Virus record (IMG/VR): IMGVR_UViG_3300013132_000201
Location: 1 to 27,960 of that record
DNA from: a virus
Taxonomy: Duplodnaviria > Caudoviricetes
Reading direction: 5' to 3' (one strand)
DNA length: 27,960 nt
Of this stretch, positions 26,328 to 27,960 are shown in pieces. A program made the translations under genes and the position numbers. Numbering within the stretch: the stretch's first letter is position 1; every line of letters starts with the position of its first letter. The notes beneath the pieces are model-generated. The model saw nothing but the letters and a program-made list of their open reading frames with translations. It was not told where the DNA came from and did not search any database.

Positions 26328-27584
26328 TTATCCTGTTACAACAACACGATAGGCATTGCTAGATGGAGCAGTTGCAAATGTAATGGTAACAACGCTTGTG
26401 CTAGTTCTAACTACATCTACCTCTACTGTTTCATATGTTGCGTTATCATAAACTTGAACAAGAACATCTCTTGTGTCAAGATTGTGAGTAACAGTAAATT
26501 GTGTGCTAGCTGAGTTACCTACATCTACAGTAAACTTTCTTACAATGTTGTGATAGTTGGTTCCGTTGTTGGTGAGCGTCCAGGCATCACTTGTTTCATT
26601 CCAAAGGAGCGATACATTTGTATCATCTCCACGCTCAACTTCAATGCCAGCATTTTGACTTGCAGAACCAGTAGCATTTGAATTTAAGATAATTGTGTTA
26701 TCTGCTAACTCAATAATTTCTGTATTTATATACGTTGCAGATCCACTAACAGTTAATGCTCCAGTAACATTAAGTGTTCCAATAGTTACACTATCTGGAA
26801 GTCCAATAGTTACTGCTGCACTTTCTCCAGATCCAGATACTTCAATTTCATTTGCTGTACCACTAATTGATGCTACATAGTTTCCTGTTGTATCTGTTCC
26901 AAGAGCTACTGAGTTAGCTGCTACAGCATTTGCTGTCCCTGCTGTTGTTGCATATGTTGCAGAAGCAGCATTTCCATTAAGATTAGCATTAATTGTTGCA
27001 GGAAGACTAATAGTAACTGCCCCTACAGATGCTGAAACATCAACCTCATTTGCTGTACCAGTTATGGATGTTACACCGTTATTAGAAATTGTTACTGATG
27101 CATTTTCTCCACCAGACCCACTTACTCCAATTCCAGTTCCAGCAGTAATTCCTGATACATAGTCCCCTGTAGTATCTGTTCCTAAAGCAACAGAGTTTGC
27201 TCCAATTGTTACAGAAATATTTGCGTCTGCAGTTCCATTAAAACTAGCACTACCACTTACATCACCACTAAGAATAATATTTCTTGATGTTGTAAGTGAT
27301 GCAGCACTTCCAGTTGTATTAGCATTAATTGTGTCAGGAAGACTGATGGTATATGTTGATCCAGATGCGGATACAACTATCTCATTTTCTGTGCCATTGA
27401 TTGTAATAGATGATGAAGCAATATCTGCCCATGATCCATTAGCATAAATTCTAAGTTTGTCGCTTCCTGTATTATAATAAATTTGACCTTCTGCACCAGA
27501 TGGGTCTGTTCCAAGATTCTGGATAACAGCATTTCTAAGTTCCAACTGATTAAGGTCTATTGGTGTAAGAAATTTTCTCGCCAT
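26328..27584 (-). CDS. Fibre-like structural protein with internal repeats
   Basis: 2x NSVALGTDTTG(D/N)YV, 3x I.GT.NE..VS...TI.LP, AGIEVERG module, C-terminal THNL.TRDV.VQVYD domain. Confidence 0.75.
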   Translation of the reverse strand: MARKFLTPIDLNQLELRNAVIQNLGTDPSGAEGQIYYNTGSDKLRIYANGSWADIASSSITINGTENEIVVSASGSTYTISLPDTINANTTGSAASLTTSRNIILSGDVSGSASFNGTADANISVTIGANSVALGTDTTGDYVSGITAGTGIGVSGSGGENASVTISNNGVTSITGTANEVDVSASVGAVTISLPATINANLNGNAASATYATTAGTANAVAANSVALGTDTTGNYVASISGTANEIEVSGSGESAAVTIGLPDSVTIGTLNVTGALTVSGSATYINTEIIELADNTIILNSNATGSASQNAGIEVERGDDTNVSLLWNETSDAWTLTNNGTNYHNIVRKFTVDVGNSASTQFTVTHNLDTRDVLVQVYDNATYETVEVDVVRTSTSVVTITFATAPSSNAYRVVVTG

Positions 27585-27596
27585 AGTTCTCTCTCC

Positions 27597-27938
27597 TTAT
27601 GATAGATATGCCTTTCCAGAAAATGCGTTAGAAAAAGATAATACAACTGAATTTGCATTGGGATAGTTATATGATCCTTCTACTACTGTTCCAGCAGAAT
27701 CAACTACCGTTATATTTGGTATAAAATTTAAACCATGAGTAATTGACCAAGATGATGATGGTGTTGTTTGTTCATGTACATAGCTAACATCTGCTGCCGA
27801 TACGGTTCCCGCTGGTCCTTGTGGACCAGTTATTCCAAGTTCAACAACTACAACTTCTTCTGTAAGATCAACAGATACATTACTATTACTTACTGTTACA
27901 GTTACTGGATTTTCAATAATCTCTACAACAGTAGCCAT
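27597..27938 (-). CDS. Small virion protein with a short collagen-like segment
   Basis: GITGPQGPAG followed by a YVHEQ..PSSSW.ITHGL...P..TVVDS...FSGKAYL domain. Confidence 0.65.
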   Translation of the reverse strand: MATVVEIIENPVTVTVSNSNVSVDLTEEVVVVELGITGPQGPAGTVSAADVSYVHEQTTPSSSWSITHGLNFIPNITVVDSAGTVVEGSYNYPNANSVVLSFSNAFSGKAYLS

Positions 27939-27960
27939 TATCTTGTTACCTCTGGACTTA
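27938..27960 (-). CDS. 3' end of an upstream CDS (...SPEVTR*), probably another small adaptor protein
   Basis: TAATG stop/start overlap at 27940-27936; the C-terminus loosely resembles VTRDIT/TLQDIK near the ends of the two adaptor paralogs. Confidence 0.5.

Noticed and set aside
21634-27584. Diversity-generating retroelement or invertase shufflon acting on fibre genes
   Set aside because: No reverse transcriptase or recombinase in the window, and no near-identical TR/VR pair or flanking crossover repeats seen.
1-27960. tRNA genes, CRISPR array, stop-codon reassignment
   Set aside because: Intergenic gaps are short with no cloverleaf or repeat-spacer pattern; genes read full-length in the standard code with TAA, TAG and TGA all used as stops.

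Overview
The window is a fragment of a tailed (siphovirus-type) phage genome and covers most of the virion morphogenesis region, nearly all on the minus strand. In transcription order (right to left) it holds: fibre, adaptor and Gly-rich accessory virion proteins; a 2-TM protein and an r1t-like holin; a GT-B glycosyltransferase; a two-gene plus-strand island (hypothetical protein, secreted lytic transglycosylase); class II RNR (nrdJ); a 1151-aa virion protein; portal; protease-scaffold; major capsid protein (MCP); head-tail genes; tail tube; a frameshifted tail chaperone; and a very long tape measure protein (TMP) that runs off the left edge and is absent from the ORF track. Gene content and promoter style suggest a low-GC, possibly freshwater, actinobacterial host (inference only). 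Main unexplained signals: (1) the predicted 5' end of the tail-tube mRNA is complementary to the region just upstream of the MCP RBS, and each half can also pair with its own SD, suggesting RNA-level coupling of capsid and tail synthesis; (2) the TMP C-terminal half is an array of unrelated cassettes (one HNH-like, one degenerate ART-like) separated by a conserved NxGGxIPGVxY linker; (3) an S-A-S tripeptide is strongly enriched in accessory virion proteins next to a glycosyltransferase; (4) 5'-3' long-range pairing in the transglycosylase mRNA. All functional calls come from motif recognition and synteny by eye; no database searches were run.
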